IMG/VR virus record: IMGVR_UViG_3300014204_000110
DNA length: 64,000 nt
Strand: one strand, 5' to 3'
Origin: a virus
Lineage: Duplodnaviria; Caudoviricetes
In this document: in pieces, positions 9,571-20,474 of the stretch
Position numbering within the stretch: the stretch's first letter is position 1
How the letters are laid out: every line of letters starts with the position of its first letter
Notes under the pieces: model-generated
What the model was told of the DNA's origin: nothing
Seen by the model: the letters and a program-made list of their open reading frames with translations, nothing else
The model's database searches: none
Program-made: the position numbers and the translations under genes

Positions 9571-11062
9571 AATTGAATTACCAAATAGTATTGATATTAA
9601 AATAAAAGCAACACATTTTGAACCTTTTATAAATAAAAATGCTGTAAAATATACTGAAAAAGCTATTAAAGCTGGAGTTAATTCTTGGATTAAACCTTAT
9701 CAGAAACCTCAACTTACAGGTCATGATAAAAATTCTTCTCCGCTTGGTAGAATAATAAATTGTGAAATAATTAAAGATAAAAAATCATCTGATGAACCTT
9801 CCAATTATATAAGACTTTATGCTAGAATAACTGACAAAGATGCTATTGAAAAGATCCTTGATGGGCGTTTTAATACTGTATCTGTTGGATCTAAATCTTC
9901 TAGAGTTCTATGTAGTGAATGTTCCCAGGTAATTACCGAAGATGGTCTTTGTGACCATAAAAAAGGTTCTTATAATGAAAAAGGAGATATGATCCATTGG
10001 GTCATTGATCAAATTGAATATACAGAAGATTCTTTTGTAAACGAACCTGCTGATGAGTATGCTGGTATTGAGGAAGTTAATTTTGGTAATGGTTGGATTG
10101 AATATCGTAACTTTCTAGATAACAGAGAAACTCATCTTAAAGAAATATCTATGGAGGATTGCATGACAGTACAAACGGATGCCAAGTTATCAACTGAGGC
10201 AAGAAATAAACTTTCCGAAAGTGTATTCTGCGGTCCTGGAAGATCTTTTCCTGCTCATGATAAAGCTCATGTACTTGCTGGTTTAAAATTAATTGGAAAA
10301 TCAAAATTTTCTGATTCTACTAAATCAAAAATTAAAGCATGTCTTTATAGAAAAGGTAAAAGATATGGAGTAGTTCCTTCTGAAGATGAACTTAAAATTG
10401 ATACCATTGAAAATTTATTAACATTTGGCGTCGATGATGAATGGACTACTGAACAACGGACTGAACTGGAAACTTTTTTTAAAGATAATCCAGATGCAGA
10501 TCTTCCAGACGCGAATGATACTCAAACTGATAGTAATACAGTTACATCAGATGTTAAAATAGAAGATATGAAGAAGCCAGAATTAGTAATTCTAGCAAAT
10601 AAACTTCAAAAAGAATTTGAAGATCTCAAGAAATCAAATCTTGATGCTTTAACTCTTCGAGATAATAAAATAACTGATCTAACAAAAAAACTTTCTGATA
10701 GTGAAACTTTAGCACTTCAAAAAGAAGATGAAATAAGCAAATATCTAGATGATCATGCTATTTTATCAAAAAAATTGAAAGATTCTTTAGTTTTTAATAT
10801 TATTGATCTTAAAACGACCGATAATAATAATGAAGAGTCTAAGATTCTTATAGAGAAATATTCTAAACGATCAGTTGAAAGTTTAAATGATACTCTTAAT
10901 GATCTTAGAAACTTAAAAATAGATAACAAACAAAATACTGAAGTGAAAGTTGTATTAACAACTTCTCAAGCAGATAATTCTGATAAAAATTTAAATGATC
11001 AGAAAAATGACGGAGATAAATTCAAACTCTTCGATCAAGATAGAAGGTCAACGGAGGAATAA
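9563..11062 (+). CDS. Prohead protease fused to a scaffold-like coiled coil
   Basis: GHD...PLGRI, ILDGRFNTVSVG and EDSFVNEPAD protease motifs; C-terminal coiled coil; lies before the capsid genes. Confidence 0.8.
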   Translation: MSKIELPNSIDIKIKATHFEPFINKNAVKYTEKAIKAGVNSWIKPYQKPQLTGHDKNSSPLGRIINCEIIKDKKSSDEPSNYIRLYARITDKDAIEKILDGRFNTVSVGSKSSRVLCSECSQVITEDGLCDHKKGSYNEKGDMIHWVIDQIEYTEDSFVNEPADEYAGIEEVNFGNGWIEYRNFLDNRETHLKEISMEDCMTVQTDAKLSTEARNKLSESVFCGPGRSFPAHDKAHVLAGLKLIGKSKFSDSTKSKIKACLYRKGKRYGVVPSEDELKIDTIENLLTFGVDDEWTTEQRTELETFFKDNPDADLPDANDTQTDSNTVTSDVKIEDMKKPELVILANKLQKEFEDLKKSNLDALTLRDNKITDLTKKLSDSETLALQKEDEISKYLDDHAILSKKLKDSLVFNIIDLKTTDNNNEESKILIEKYSKRSVESLNDTLNDLRNLKIDNKQNTEVKVVLTTSQADNSDKNLNDQKNDGDKFKLFDQDRRSTEE

Positions 11063-11065
11063 AAC

Positions 11066-12235
11066 ATGACTATTTACAATGATCGTCTATCATTAAACCA
11101 GGGTACTATACAAAAGCAGGATCTTCGTACACGACCGTCCAAATATGCTCAGTCTAATCTTAGAAATTGGGCATTTGAACAGTCTGAAGGAGTACGTCCA
11201 GCTGAATATATGGGTGTGTATAAGTATCTCCCTGTAGAATTTCAAGATGTTAATACTGAAGATTGGGTAGTCTTACAGAAGGGCCGCATTGTTAGTGCTC
11301 TTGGTATGAATAGCACCAGTCCTAGTGGAATTCCTGCCCCTCAAGGTAGTGGATATATTCCAATTGGTATTAGCGGAGATTATATGGGAACTGGTACTGG
11401 AGCTACAATAGTTGTATCTGATGATACTTCTTTCTTTGGTTACGAAGAACACATCGTTAACCTTTTAGTTCCAGCTAATGGTGGATCAGGAACAATTACA
11501 CGATATTACAGTGCGGATGACGTTACTGCAGGTACGCGAGTAGCAGGAACTTTTGCTGCTGCAACTGCTTCAGGTGCGGTTTCTTTTGCTGCTAATATTC
11601 CTATTGGTGTTGCTTTTCATGATATTTATCAAGATATACGCGGTAAATATCTTAACTATAGAATGCATCCAGATGGTCAGCATATATTAACTGACTGGTA
11701 CGTCGAAGTACCTTTCGTTAATAGTGTTTCTACTGGTGATGCAGCTACTTTCTCAGGTGTTCCACTTAATGCGAGTGTAAATACTTGGGGTCGATGGCGT
11801 GAACTTAATAAACAGTTTACTTATCTTTCTTTTGATAGTTCTTCAACGAACTATAGTGTAATTCCTGGAGCACTTATTTGTCCTGATATTCAGGGTAATT
11901 ATTCTCTTCAGAATAAAACAACTACCATGCTTGCTGGTGCTAATGTTGCCGTATCTGGTTTTGTTTCAACTCAGGGAATTGTCACATCACAGACAGTTGG
12001 TAAACTAATAGCATTAGATAGTCGTTTTCCAAAAGATGATCTAGAAGATGTTCTTACATATCCTCGATCTGGTATGCCTGGTAGTCAAACTGGTGGTATC
12101 ATAAAGAATCTTTTTGATTTCGTATACTATTGTTTATACATTGGTAATGGAACAGCCCCAACTATTGAGGCAATATACAACGGAATTCGTTCTGGAGTAT
12201 TTGGTCTGGCCCGAATCCAGCTGCATGTATCATAA
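11066..12235 (+). CDS. Head decoration or minor capsid structural protein
   Basis: Strong RBS GGAGG; between protease and major capsid; Gly/Ser/Thr-rich. Confidence 0.6.
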   Translation: MTIYNDRLSLNQGTIQKQDLRTRPSKYAQSNLRNWAFEQSEGVRPAEYMGVYKYLPVEFQDVNTEDWVVLQKGRIVSALGMNSTSPSGIPAPQGSGYIPIGISGDYMGTGTGATIVVSDDTSFFGYEEHIVNLLVPANGGSGTITRYYSADDVTAGTRVAGTFAAATASGAVSFAANIPIGVAFHDIYQDIRGKYLNYRMHPDGQHILTDWYVEVPFVNSVSTGDAATFSGVPLNASVNTWGRWRELNKQFTYLSFDSSSTNYSVIPGALICPDIQGNYSLQNKTTTMLAGANVAVSGFVSTQGIVTSQTVGKLIALDSRFPKDDLEDVLTYPRSGMPGSQTGGIIKNLFDFVYYCLYIGNGTAPTIEAIYNGIRSGVFGLARIQLHVS

Positions 12236-12253
12236 TTATAGGAGAAAAATATT

Positions 12254-13585
12254 ATGCCTTTCATGACAATTAGAGATCAAGTCGCAGCTGAATTTTTCCC
12301 AAAGAAAGAAGATAGAGTTAAATATACTAATGTATATGACGCTTTTACTTCTCGCGGACGGTTAATGGATTCTGACGGCAATATTAATAAATATGAACTA
12401 AAAGATTTAGTAACAAGAGAAGATCTTATGCGGTTTATGCCTCAAACGGTAGAAACTGTTGTACGAGAAGCTATTGAACCTAATCTTTTTATAATCGATC
12501 GACTCTTTCAGAGTATTACTATCGAACAGGGTAGTCGTATACAGATTGGTGCTATTGGTGCCATGACTGCTGGACGAGTTGGACAGGCTGGAGAATATCC
12601 AGAAAAAATGTTAGACCTTGATGGTGGAGACATGATTGCTATCACTACTGATAAGTATGGTATCAAAATTTCTCTTACTGAAGAGGTTGTTTCTCAGAAT
12701 CAGTTTGATGTCGTAAACGTTTGGCTTCGTGCTGCTGGTAAAGCAATGGCTCGTTGTAAAGAACGTATCGGTATGAAACTTATAAATGAGATGGGATATA
12801 AGGTATTTGATAATGCATCACCTTCTGCTTCATATTGTGGTAGTACAACTGGTCGAAATATCGCTGGCGTTACTAATGGAAGTATGACTGCTAATGATGT
12901 ATTTGAAATGTATGCTTATCTTCTAAATCGTGGATTTACTCCAGATACTCTTCTACTTCATCCTCTTGCTTGGAAGCTTTTTGCAACTGATACAGAGATG
13001 AGAGAAGTAGTTCTTGCTGGTTCTACGATTGCTCAGGTACAGGGTGGAAAACCAGTATCACAATGGGGTGGAACATCTCATAATGGTTATGGTCTTCGTA
13101 CAACTGGTACTGGTAATGAGAATCTTGCGGGTAGCGTTCCTAAAGGACCAAATGCTTGGACTCAGACATTGAATCCTCTTGGTGCAACATGGAATGTACG
13201 ACCTGCATATCTTCCTTCTCCAATACAAGTAATTGTAACTCCAATGGTTCCTTTCTCATATGGAACTGCTGGAATTGAACGTATGGATACTGGAAGTACT
13301 TGTAACGTCATTATGGTTGATAGTAGTAACTGTGCAGTAATTGGTCAGAGCGAAGCAATTCGTACTGATCGTTGGACTGATCCTGAACGGGATATAGTCA
13401 ATATTAAACTACGTGAAGCTTATGGTATGGCTGTTCTTGAACAGGGTAAAGGTATTGCTAAAGCAAGTAATATAGCTATTGCTAAAAATTACAACTTTGA
13501 GAATTACAATTCTCAGACTTTATCAAACTTTGATCCTACTACAGCTCCTAGTGGTTTCTCAGCTGCAAGTCCTAATCTACCGTAA
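12254..13585 (+). CDS. Major capsid protein (HK97-fold)
   Basis: RBS AGGAG; GEYPE, KYGIKISLTEE and PDTLLLHPLAW motifs; followed by a terminator. Confidence 0.88.
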   Translation: MPFMTIRDQVAAEFFPKKEDRVKYTNVYDAFTSRGRLMDSDGNINKYELKDLVTREDLMRFMPQTVETVVREAIEPNLFIIDRLFQSITIEQGSRIQIGAIGAMTAGRVGQAGEYPEKMLDLDGGDMIAITTDKYGIKISLTEEVVSQNQFDVVNVWLRAAGKAMARCKERIGMKLINEMGYKVFDNASPSASYCGSTTGRNIAGVTNGSMTANDVFEMYAYLLNRGFTPDTLLLHPLAWKLFATDTEMREVVLAGSTIAQVQGGKPVSQWGGTSHNGYGLRTTGTGNENLAGSVPKGPNAWTQTLNPLGATWNVRPAYLPSPIQVIVTPMVPFSYGTAGIERMDTGSTCNVIMVDSSNCAVIGQSEAIRTDRWTDPERDIVNIKLREAYGMAVLEQGKGIAKASNIAIAKNYNFENYNSQTLSNFDPTTAPSGFSAASPNLP

Positions 13586-13613
13586 TTGATAGATTAATTA
13601 GTTAGTTTTTATG

Positions 13614-13647
13614 AGGCATTGGGGCCAACAGCCTCGATGCCTTTTTT
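13614..13647 (+). terminator. Rho-independent terminator after the major capsid gene
   Basis: AGGCATTGGGGC-caaca-GCCTCGATGCCT stem followed by a T run. Confidence 0.8.
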
Positions 13648-13673
13648 ATTAATTCAAAAACAAAGGGAGTTTT

Positions 13674-14351
13674 ATGAATAAATCTAAAGAGGAAAAAAAG
13701 AAACCAGAATATAAGTTACCAAAATACTTACGTCTGGCTAAAGGATCGATGTGGCTTGATACTGAAGGTGAGGAAGCTTCTGGTGTTAGGTTATATTCAG
13801 TTAAAGAAGTGTTTGTTAGTCGTGATATGAAGTTTGAAATAAATGATGGAAAAGTAAAAGTATTTGCTACTGATGTTCCAAAAGATAGATATAATAATAA
13901 TAATAATGTTGATTTTGGTAAAGTAGATAGTGATCTTCCTTGGTATGTTGATACAACAACTATAGATCCATCTAAATTATCGCATATTCTAACTGCATAT
14001 AAACATGGAATTCTTATAGCTGCAGATCCAGATAAAAAACCTGGAGAAGCTAAAGAAAAAGTTCAAGATAATGATTTTGGTTATGAAAAGAATGGTGATC
14101 GAATTTTTGTTGGTAAAAATAAAGAAATGTTTAAGAAACTTCAAAATCTTACTTTTAATAAATTAAAAGAATTTGTAGCAACATCACCATTAACTGAAGC
14201 ATCAAAAAGAAATCTTATAGATCTTTATGATTATGAACGTAAAGGTTATAATGCTTTAGGAAGACTTCGATTAGAAGTTGTTGATTTAATAAGAGATAAA
14301 TTAAAAGAATATGGTTCTGGAATGTCTGATGTTCGTATAAATGAAGATTAA
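13674..14351 (+). CDS. Hypothetical protein (head module)
   Basis: 225-aa ORF with RBS AAGGGAG. Confidence 0.65.
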   Translation: MNKSKEEKKKPEYKLPKYLRLAKGSMWLDTEGEEASGVRLYSVKEVFVSRDMKFEINDGKVKVFATDVPKDRYNNNNNVDFGKVDSDLPWYVDTTTIDPSKLSHILTAYKHGILIAADPDKKPGEAKEKVQDNDFGYEKNGDRIFVGKNKEMFKKLQNLTFNKLKEFVATSPLTEASKRNLIDLYDYERKGYNALGRLRLEVVDLIRDKLKEYGSGMSDVRINED

Positions 14352-14360
14352 GGAATATAA

Positions 14361-14960
14361 ATGAAAGTCATAGATCATTATCCAACAATTGGAGCAACGG
14401 GAATTTATAGAAATCAAAGTATACAAATATATTTTGATAAACCTATTGAAGCAACAAGTATTGATTGGCAAACATTTTCACTTAATGATAGTAATACATT
14501 TACTTCAGTTGTTGGAGATCTAGGACCTATATGGGCTTCTGGTATTAATCTTAGTGGTGTTACAAGTGGACTTGTATTTACTCCATCTGTAGCACTTCTA
14601 GCAAATACAGAATATAGTGTTTATATATATCATGAACCTAATAGTGTTATTGCTAAAGATGGTGATTTTGTAAGAAAAACTTATAGTTATAGTTTTGTAA
14701 CTGGAACAGGATATTATAGTAATATAATTATTCCAGGAATTCCAACTGGAATTGTTGATTATAGTAATCCAGATCCTAACACAGATTTATATAATATAAC
14801 TAATGGAATATATGTAACTAAAACTACTCCAACACATCAAGCAACTAATTTTCCATCAGCAAGTGGACAGATAGATATATTTTTTAATATTCCATTAACA
14901 ATTTCTGATAGTGATATATCTGGATGTATAGATATTCAGATAACTGATGTTTTAGATTAG
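14361..14960 (+). CDS. Ig-like (Big-type) domain virion protein
   Basis: YPTIGATGI...IQIYFDKPI...LVFTPSVALLANTEYSV...YSFVTG pattern typical of bacterial Ig-like domains. Confidence 0.65.
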   Translation: MKVIDHYPTIGATGIYRNQSIQIYFDKPIEATSIDWQTFSLNDSNTFTSVVGDLGPIWASGINLSGVTSGLVFTPSVALLANTEYSVYIYHEPNSVIAKDGDFVRKTYSYSFVTGTGYYSNIIIPGIPTGIVDYSNPDPNTDLYNITNGIYVTKTTPTHQATNFPSASGQIDIFFNIPLTISDSDISGCIDIQITDVLD

Positions 14961-14968
14961 AGAATATA

Positions 14969-15715
14969 ATGGCTTACAATATTAGTATTTCTGGAAATGT
15001 ATATCAAGTTGATCATGTTAATCTTACTGGAAGTTTGGTATCAATAGTATTTCCTGATGGATTTGAAAATAATAAACAATATGAAGTAACGTTAAGTAAT
15101 AATATTTCTGGAGAATTTAATAGTTCAAATTATTATCTAGAAAATGGTTATTCTTTCTGGTTTACCTCTACGTATTGTCCATTATTTACAACCGTAAAGA
15201 AAATACATCTTACTGGTGGTCCTCAGACTGAAATGTTTCTAGATGACACGATAAATAAGATGATACATAAAAATTCTATAGATGCAGTTGATCTTTATAA
15301 TTTATATAATAATACATCAGTAGCTTATGATTATTGGGGATGTACAGCAAGTGGAGTTCCAACTATATTAAGACGGTATGTAGAATGTAAAACTGCTTAT
15401 GATCTTATATCTCTTTTAAAGATGTCTGGAAGTTCTAATGAACAACTTAAAACTCTTGGAGATCTAACTATTAAATATGATACTAATAGTAATGCTTCTA
15501 AAGATGATCCTAATCGATTAAAAGAACTTTATGATTGTTGGAAAACATCTTTAAATACTTTTGGTAATATTAAAAGTACGGTTCGTGGTTTTTACGACCA
15601 GAGCAAGCAGTTCCGACATCCAGTTTTGGAACCAGCATATAATAGAGTAAAACAACCAGTATATCCAATACAAAGAAATTACAGTCCTGGTACGATTGGT
15701 GTTCGAGGTTTTTAA
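14969..15715 (+). CDS. Putative head-completion/neck protein
   Basis: Position; KTLGDLTIKY motif resembling neck adaptors. Confidence 0.5.
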   Translation: MAYNISISGNVYQVDHVNLTGSLVSIVFPDGFENNKQYEVTLSNNISGEFNSSNYYLENGYSFWFTSTYCPLFTTVKKIHLTGGPQTEMFLDDTINKMIHKNSIDAVDLYNLYNNTSVAYDYWGCTASGVPTILRRYVECKTAYDLISLLKMSGSSNEQLKTLGDLTIKYDTNSNASKDDPNRLKELYDCWKTSLNTFGNIKSTVRGFYDQSKQFRHPVLEPAYNRVKQPVYPIQRNYSPGTIGVRGF

Positions 15716-16230
15716 TGAACTGGTATAAAAATAATATAAGTACATCTTCAAGTGAAGGTATTGATCTTAGACAAGAACTTAATTGGATTCTTTATGGTCG
15801 TAGTAATCCTCCTAGAAGTCCTAAAGGTCATTGGGTAGTATATCGTAGATATGATCAATGTAGTAAATCTGAATTTTATAGTACACGAACTCATGAAGGT
15901 GTTGGAGGACCAGCGTATAATTTTACTGATGTTCTTTTAAGAACACGAAGAGTTCCATCTAGAAAACGTGCTGATATGTTAACTCCTACAAAATTAGGTG
16001 CTGATATAGGAGATACATATAATTATTATTTTGAATATACTGTTAATCCAAAAATGGGTGATCATATAATTGAAATTGATTGGCCAGATCATTCAATTAA
16101 ACCAACGGATATATTATCTCTAACCTTTACATGTAAATATCTTATTAAACGTGTTCATGATTATCGTTTAGATAATGGAAATTTACAGTATTATATAATA
16201 AGTTGTGATTATGATGAGGTTAATTATTAA
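15715..16230 (+). CDS. Putative head-tail joining protein
   Basis: Position and size (171 aa); beta-rich composition. Confidence 0.5.
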   Translation: MNWYKNNISTSSSEGIDLRQELNWILYGRSNPPRSPKGHWVVYRRYDQCSKSEFYSTRTHEGVGGPAYNFTDVLLRTRRVPSRKRADMLTPTKLGADIGDTYNYYFEYTVNPKMGDHIIEIDWPDHSIKPTDILSLTFTCKYLIKRVHDYRLDNGNLQYYIISCDYDEVNY

Positions 16231-17150
16231 TGAATGAAACTGATTTTCGTTTTGTTGTTGTTGAAAATAAACAAAATGAACCAAATAGATTACAACTTGA
16301 ATATTCATCTAATCCTCCAAAATTAAAATCTGTTGGACATATAAATACATTGTATGAAATGCATGAACTTATGTCTAGATCACTTGAAATTTTAGCACCA
16401 TTTAAAGATGATTGTCAACCATATGAAACTCAAAATACTCATACTACGTCTGGATTTAATATTAATAATGTAATTAAAAATTATGGTATTTATTTTGCTC
16501 CAGATTTTCCAGATTTTCTTGTTCCTAAAATGACTCCAAAAGAATTTAAAGCAGCACCTCAAATGGTACGAAATGCTATTACTTGGGGTGTCGTAAGACA
16601 AGAACCTGGAACAATATCACAAGATGATCCATTTAGAGGTGTAAGAGAATTAAAAGCTAGAAATCGTGAGTTTATAACTTATTATAATGCTTTTGGAAGA
16701 ATGAAAAATACAAATATTACAACTTATAATGATAAGTTTGCTTATATAAATATTAAAGCTCAAGTATTTGATAATCTTGTACAATATAATATCTGGAGTA
16801 AATCTAACTATGAGGTAGAACGTCTTACTGAATGGTTTATAGATGATTATATGGATAATTATATTGGTATGTTTAGAGAAGCTGGAATTGTTCAAATGTA
16901 CTATGATAGACGTGTTAGAGACAATGTAATTGAACAAACTAAAAACGGATATCATTTAAGATCAGTGCTATACTATATAAGAACTGAACGTATAAAACCT
17001 GAAATTGTCGGTCCTATAAAGCAAATTACACTAAATGTTAGTGTTGAAAGCCTTCAAAATCTATTAAAGATTGAAGAAGGAAATAGTATTGGATCTACTA
17101 ATGATATATTATTATCAAAGTGGATTCAAAGAAACCAACTTGGAGGATAA
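16230..17150 (+). CDS. Putative tail terminator/completion protein
   Basis: Directly upstream of the sheath; VQYNIWSKSNYEVERL motif. Confidence 0.5.
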   Translation: MNETDFRFVVVENKQNEPNRLQLEYSSNPPKLKSVGHINTLYEMHELMSRSLEILAPFKDDCQPYETQNTHTTSGFNINNVIKNYGIYFAPDFPDFLVPKMTPKEFKAAPQMVRNAITWGVVRQEPGTISQDDPFRGVRELKARNREFITYYNAFGRMKNTNITTYNDKFAYINIKAQVFDNLVQYNIWSKSNYEVERLTEWFIDDYMDNYIGMFREAGIVQMYYDRRVRDNVIEQTKNGYHLRSVLYYIRTERIKPEIVGPIKQITLNVSVESLQNLLKIEEGNSIGSTNDILLSKWIQRNQLGG

Positions 17151-17154
17151 ATAA

Positions 17155-19908
17155 ATGCCTATAGCTAGAGAAATAAATCTACCCTCTCCTGCTACATATG
17201 TCCAAGATTATGGTCTCAATGTTTCTCCTACTCCTACTCAACGAAATAAAAAAGTCGTTGTTATTGGTACAGCTGAAGATGGTCCAATGTATGAACCTAT
17301 TCAGATTGAAAAACCAGAGGATGCAGAATATGTCTGGGGAAGACTTGGTGCTGGTGATCTTGTTCGTGGTGTCTTCGAATGTTGGGATGTTCAAGGCGGT
17401 CATCCTACTGTTGTAGGAGTTCGTATTGGAAATGGTGAAGAAGCCTCTTTAGATATCGAAGAATCCACAGGTAGTGGATCAGATACTGAACTTGGTGGTA
17501 ATGCCACATCTTTAAAATTAGAAGCTCTTTTTCCTGGAGCAATATATAATCAGATTAGTGTAAGCTATGATGAAAATAGAGATGTTGCAATATATAATCC
17601 TAAAACTGGAGTTACTTCTACTTTTTCAGTTGATACAGAACGACCAACTAATCCTAACGTAGATGCACATAATGTAGCCGAGTTAGTAGACGCAATAAAT
17701 GCAGATCCTAATTTAAATAGTATTTTAAAAGCGACATATTCTGGAATATTAACAGATTATGAAGTATGTATTAGTGGAAATAGTACTGGTGTAAATAATA
17801 CTTCTACTTATGTTGAAGTAAGTTTACCTGATTTAATCAGTAATAGTTATATTACTACTTCTGGTTATATGATTCCTAATCCAATTCATGGAGTAGTTTC
17901 AGCTGGAAATGATATTATAAATGTTGAAGCAATTGAAGCTGTAAGTATTTCTGAATGGGAACAGATACAGTGTGCTGGTAAAACTACTAACAAATTAGCA
18001 TATATGCCATTGGATGGTAAAGCACCAGCTCGATGGAATACAATACAATCATTATATGATTATAATAGTGATTCAGAATATATTCAAGATCCTTCTGGTA
18101 ATATAGTTTCTGAGTATATATATAATCTTAATAGTGCTCTTATGGATGGTGGTACTGGAGAAGGTGGACCTACTAGATCTGGTGGTTACTTTGTTACTGG
18201 ACTTCCTACTAATACTATTCGAGTCACCGTTCCTCTTTGTATTGCAGATAATGAAGAACTCGTAAATAGTGGTGTTGCGGATGCTTATATTAATAGTTTA
18301 ATTACATCTACTTATGCATCATATTCTGGTGTTGGACATAGATATGCAACTTGTTCTGGAATTGCTACTAAATTAGTAGAAGGTGTTGCAGTTCGACCTT
18401 CTGGTAAAATTCAGATTCAGGCTGCAATGTCAGATGATCCAAATGATTTCTGGCAGACTCTTCCATATGATGGAATATCTGGTATTTATTTATCAAGTTA
18501 TTCAGCGGGTGTAGCAGTATTTTCAATTGGAGCAAATGCTTATGCAGATAGTCCTATTATGCAAACACTTGTATCATCTGGAAATATTATACGACCTGAT
18601 GTATATCTTAGAATAACTGCTAATACTGTAAAAGGATTTTTGAATGAGAAAGAAAACTTAAATGCTTTATCAAGTGCTTCTACTCTCACAGATTATTTTG
18701 TTAGAGGACAGGAAATAGTATTTAATACTCCTCCTTCTTTTAATGTTACAGTAAATTATGGAACTAGGATTGAATATGAACTTGGAAGCAATGTTACATT
18801 AAGTGATGCTGCTAATGGTAAATTTGTATTTGATGACGCAGAGCTATTGCCTGGTCCAGGAGGTGGTCCTTTATCTAATACAACAAAATCATATTTACGA
18901 TTTAGATATACTTATTTACCAACGTGGCCTAATATAACTACTGCTGCTAAAGCAATGTCTGGTGGAAGTAATGGAACTAATCTAAATAGTCGTCAGCGTA
19001 AAGAACTATTAACTACATGTTATGATAGACTCCGAAATTATGGAGCTGATCTATGGGTCCCAATGAGTGCGTTTATAGATGAATTAAGTGAACGATTTAA
19101 TCCAATTACTGGTCTTAAGGAAACAATTCCTACAGACTATATAACTGACATTAATGACTTTCTAGAAGATCTATCTATAAATAATATTCAACCACATGCT
19201 ATACTTGGTGTTAAACCAATGGATGACGTTAATCAGGCTAATAAAGATCTATGGGTAAAACGACTTACAGAACGTGATCTTAAAGATCCTAATCGAGGTG
19301 CTAATATTATGGCTTTGGTTGGAAGTAAGTTTATTTCTGTATCCGCTTTTGAACCTGTATTTCTAAATATTGGTAGAGGTCGACCATATGTAGCAAATGG
19401 ACAAGCTGCTTATGCAGGTATGCTTGCTTCAATGCCATATGATATATCTCCAACTAATAAATCTATTACTGGACTTCAAGGTCTTAGATTTTCATTGTCA
19501 ACATCTCAATATGAAGCTCTTAATAGTTCTAGATATGTTACTATGAGAACAAAACCTGGACGTGATCCAGTTGTTGTAGAAGATGTTACTGCTGCACCAG
19601 TTGGAAGCGATTTCGTAAACTGGTCAACTTATAGTATCACTGCTGAAGCTGCTAATAGAGTATATGCAATTGCAGAAACCTTTATTGGTAGACCAAATAG
19701 TGTAGAAGTAAGAACATCTCTAGAACAGTTAATCTCTAATACTCTTATGAGTATGGCTGGTTTACGAGGATTCGATTTCTCCATAAATAGTACTCCGAAT
19801 CAACAGGTTCTTGGTATTATCGAGGTCGATCTTATAATTGTTCCGATTTTTAGTATTAAAAAAATTAGAACAACTGTTAAATTGCGTAAAAACTTACCAA
19901 GTAGATAA
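17155..19908 (+). CDS. Tail sheath protein with a large central insertion
   Basis: RBS GGAGG; N-terminal VVVIGTAEDGPMYEP; C-terminal SPTNKSI, FIGRPN and VDLIIVPIFSIKKI sheath motifs. Confidence 0.9.
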   Translation: MPIAREINLPSPATYVQDYGLNVSPTPTQRNKKVVVIGTAEDGPMYEPIQIEKPEDAEYVWGRLGAGDLVRGVFECWDVQGGHPTVVGVRIGNGEEASLDIEESTGSGSDTELGGNATSLKLEALFPGAIYNQISVSYDENRDVAIYNPKTGVTSTFSVDTERPTNPNVDAHNVAELVDAINADPNLNSILKATYSGILTDYEVCISGNSTGVNNTSTYVEVSLPDLISNSYITTSGYMIPNPIHGVVSAGNDIINVEAIEAVSISEWEQIQCAGKTTNKLAYMPLDGKAPARWNTIQSLYDYNSDSEYIQDPSGNIVSEYIYNLNSALMDGGTGEGGPTRSGGYFVTGLPTNTIRVTVPLCIADNEELVNSGVADAYINSLITSTYASYSGVGHRYATCSGIATKLVEGVAVRPSGKIQIQAAMSDDPNDFWQTLPYDGISGIYLSSYSAGVAVFSIGANAYADSPIMQTLVSSGNIIRPDVYLRITANTVKGFLNEKENLNALSSASTLTDYFVRGQEIVFNTPPSFNVTVNYGTRIEYELGSNVTLSDAANGKFVFDDAELLPGPGGGPLSNTTKSYLRFRYTYLPTWPNITTAAKAMSGGSNGTNLNSRQRKELLTTCYDRLRNYGADLWVPMSAFIDELSERFNPITGLKETIPTDYITDINDFLEDLSINNIQPHAILGVKPMDDVNQANKDLWVKRLTERDLKDPNRGANIMALVGSKFISVSAFEPVFLNIGRGRPYVANGQAAYAGMLASMPYDISPTNKSITGLQGLRFSLSTSQYEALNSSRYVTMRTKPGRDPVVVEDVTAAPVGSDFVNWSTYSITAEAANRVYAIAETFIGRPNSVEVRTSLEQLISNTLMSMAGLRGFDFSINSTPNQQVLGIIEVDLIIVPIFSIKKIRTTVKLRKNLPSR

Positions 19909-19994
19909 AATAGTTAGGAGTCATGACCTAACTTATAAGGGTAGAGGTAGTTTAACCTATTGCCTCTACCCAAACTTTAAAAATAGGAAAAATA

Positions 19995-20474
19995 ATGAGT
20001 TCAAAAACTTGTAAAACATGTAATATTGAAAAAGATGAATCGGAATATTATAAATATAAAAATACATATTGTCGAAGAGATCATTCGTATAAAGAATGTA
20101 AAAAATGTTATAATCTTAGAGTTAAAAAATATTGTGAAAATAATAAAGAAAAAAAAAGAAAATCCAGTAAAATATGGTGGGAAAATAATAAAACTAGTAG
20201 AAATATAATACGTAAAGAACAACGTTTAAAACGAAATTATGATTTATCTTTAATTGATAGAGAAAATATTTTAAAAGAACAAGATTATAAATGTAAAAGT
20301 TGTAATACTGATTTAAAAAATTTAATATCTTATCATATACATATTGATCATGATCATACTACAAATGTTATTCGTGGAATATTATGTAGAGGATGTAATA
20401 TTGCTTTAGGTTTATTAAATGATGACCCAGATAAAATATTAAAATTATATAATTATTTAAAACCCTTTAAATAA
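19995..20474 (+). CDS. Free-standing HNH endonuclease, endonuclease VII family
   Basis: CxxC motifs; QDYKCKSC...HIDHDH...IRGILCRGCNIALG. Confidence 0.88.
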   Translation: MSSKTCKTCNIEKDESEYYKYKNTYCRRDHSYKECKKCYNLRVKKYCENNKEKKRKSSKIWWENNKTSRNIIRKEQRLKRNYDLSLIDRENILKEQDYKCKSCNTDLKNLISYHIHIDHDHTTNVIRGILCRGCNIALGLLNDDPDKILKLYNYLKPFK

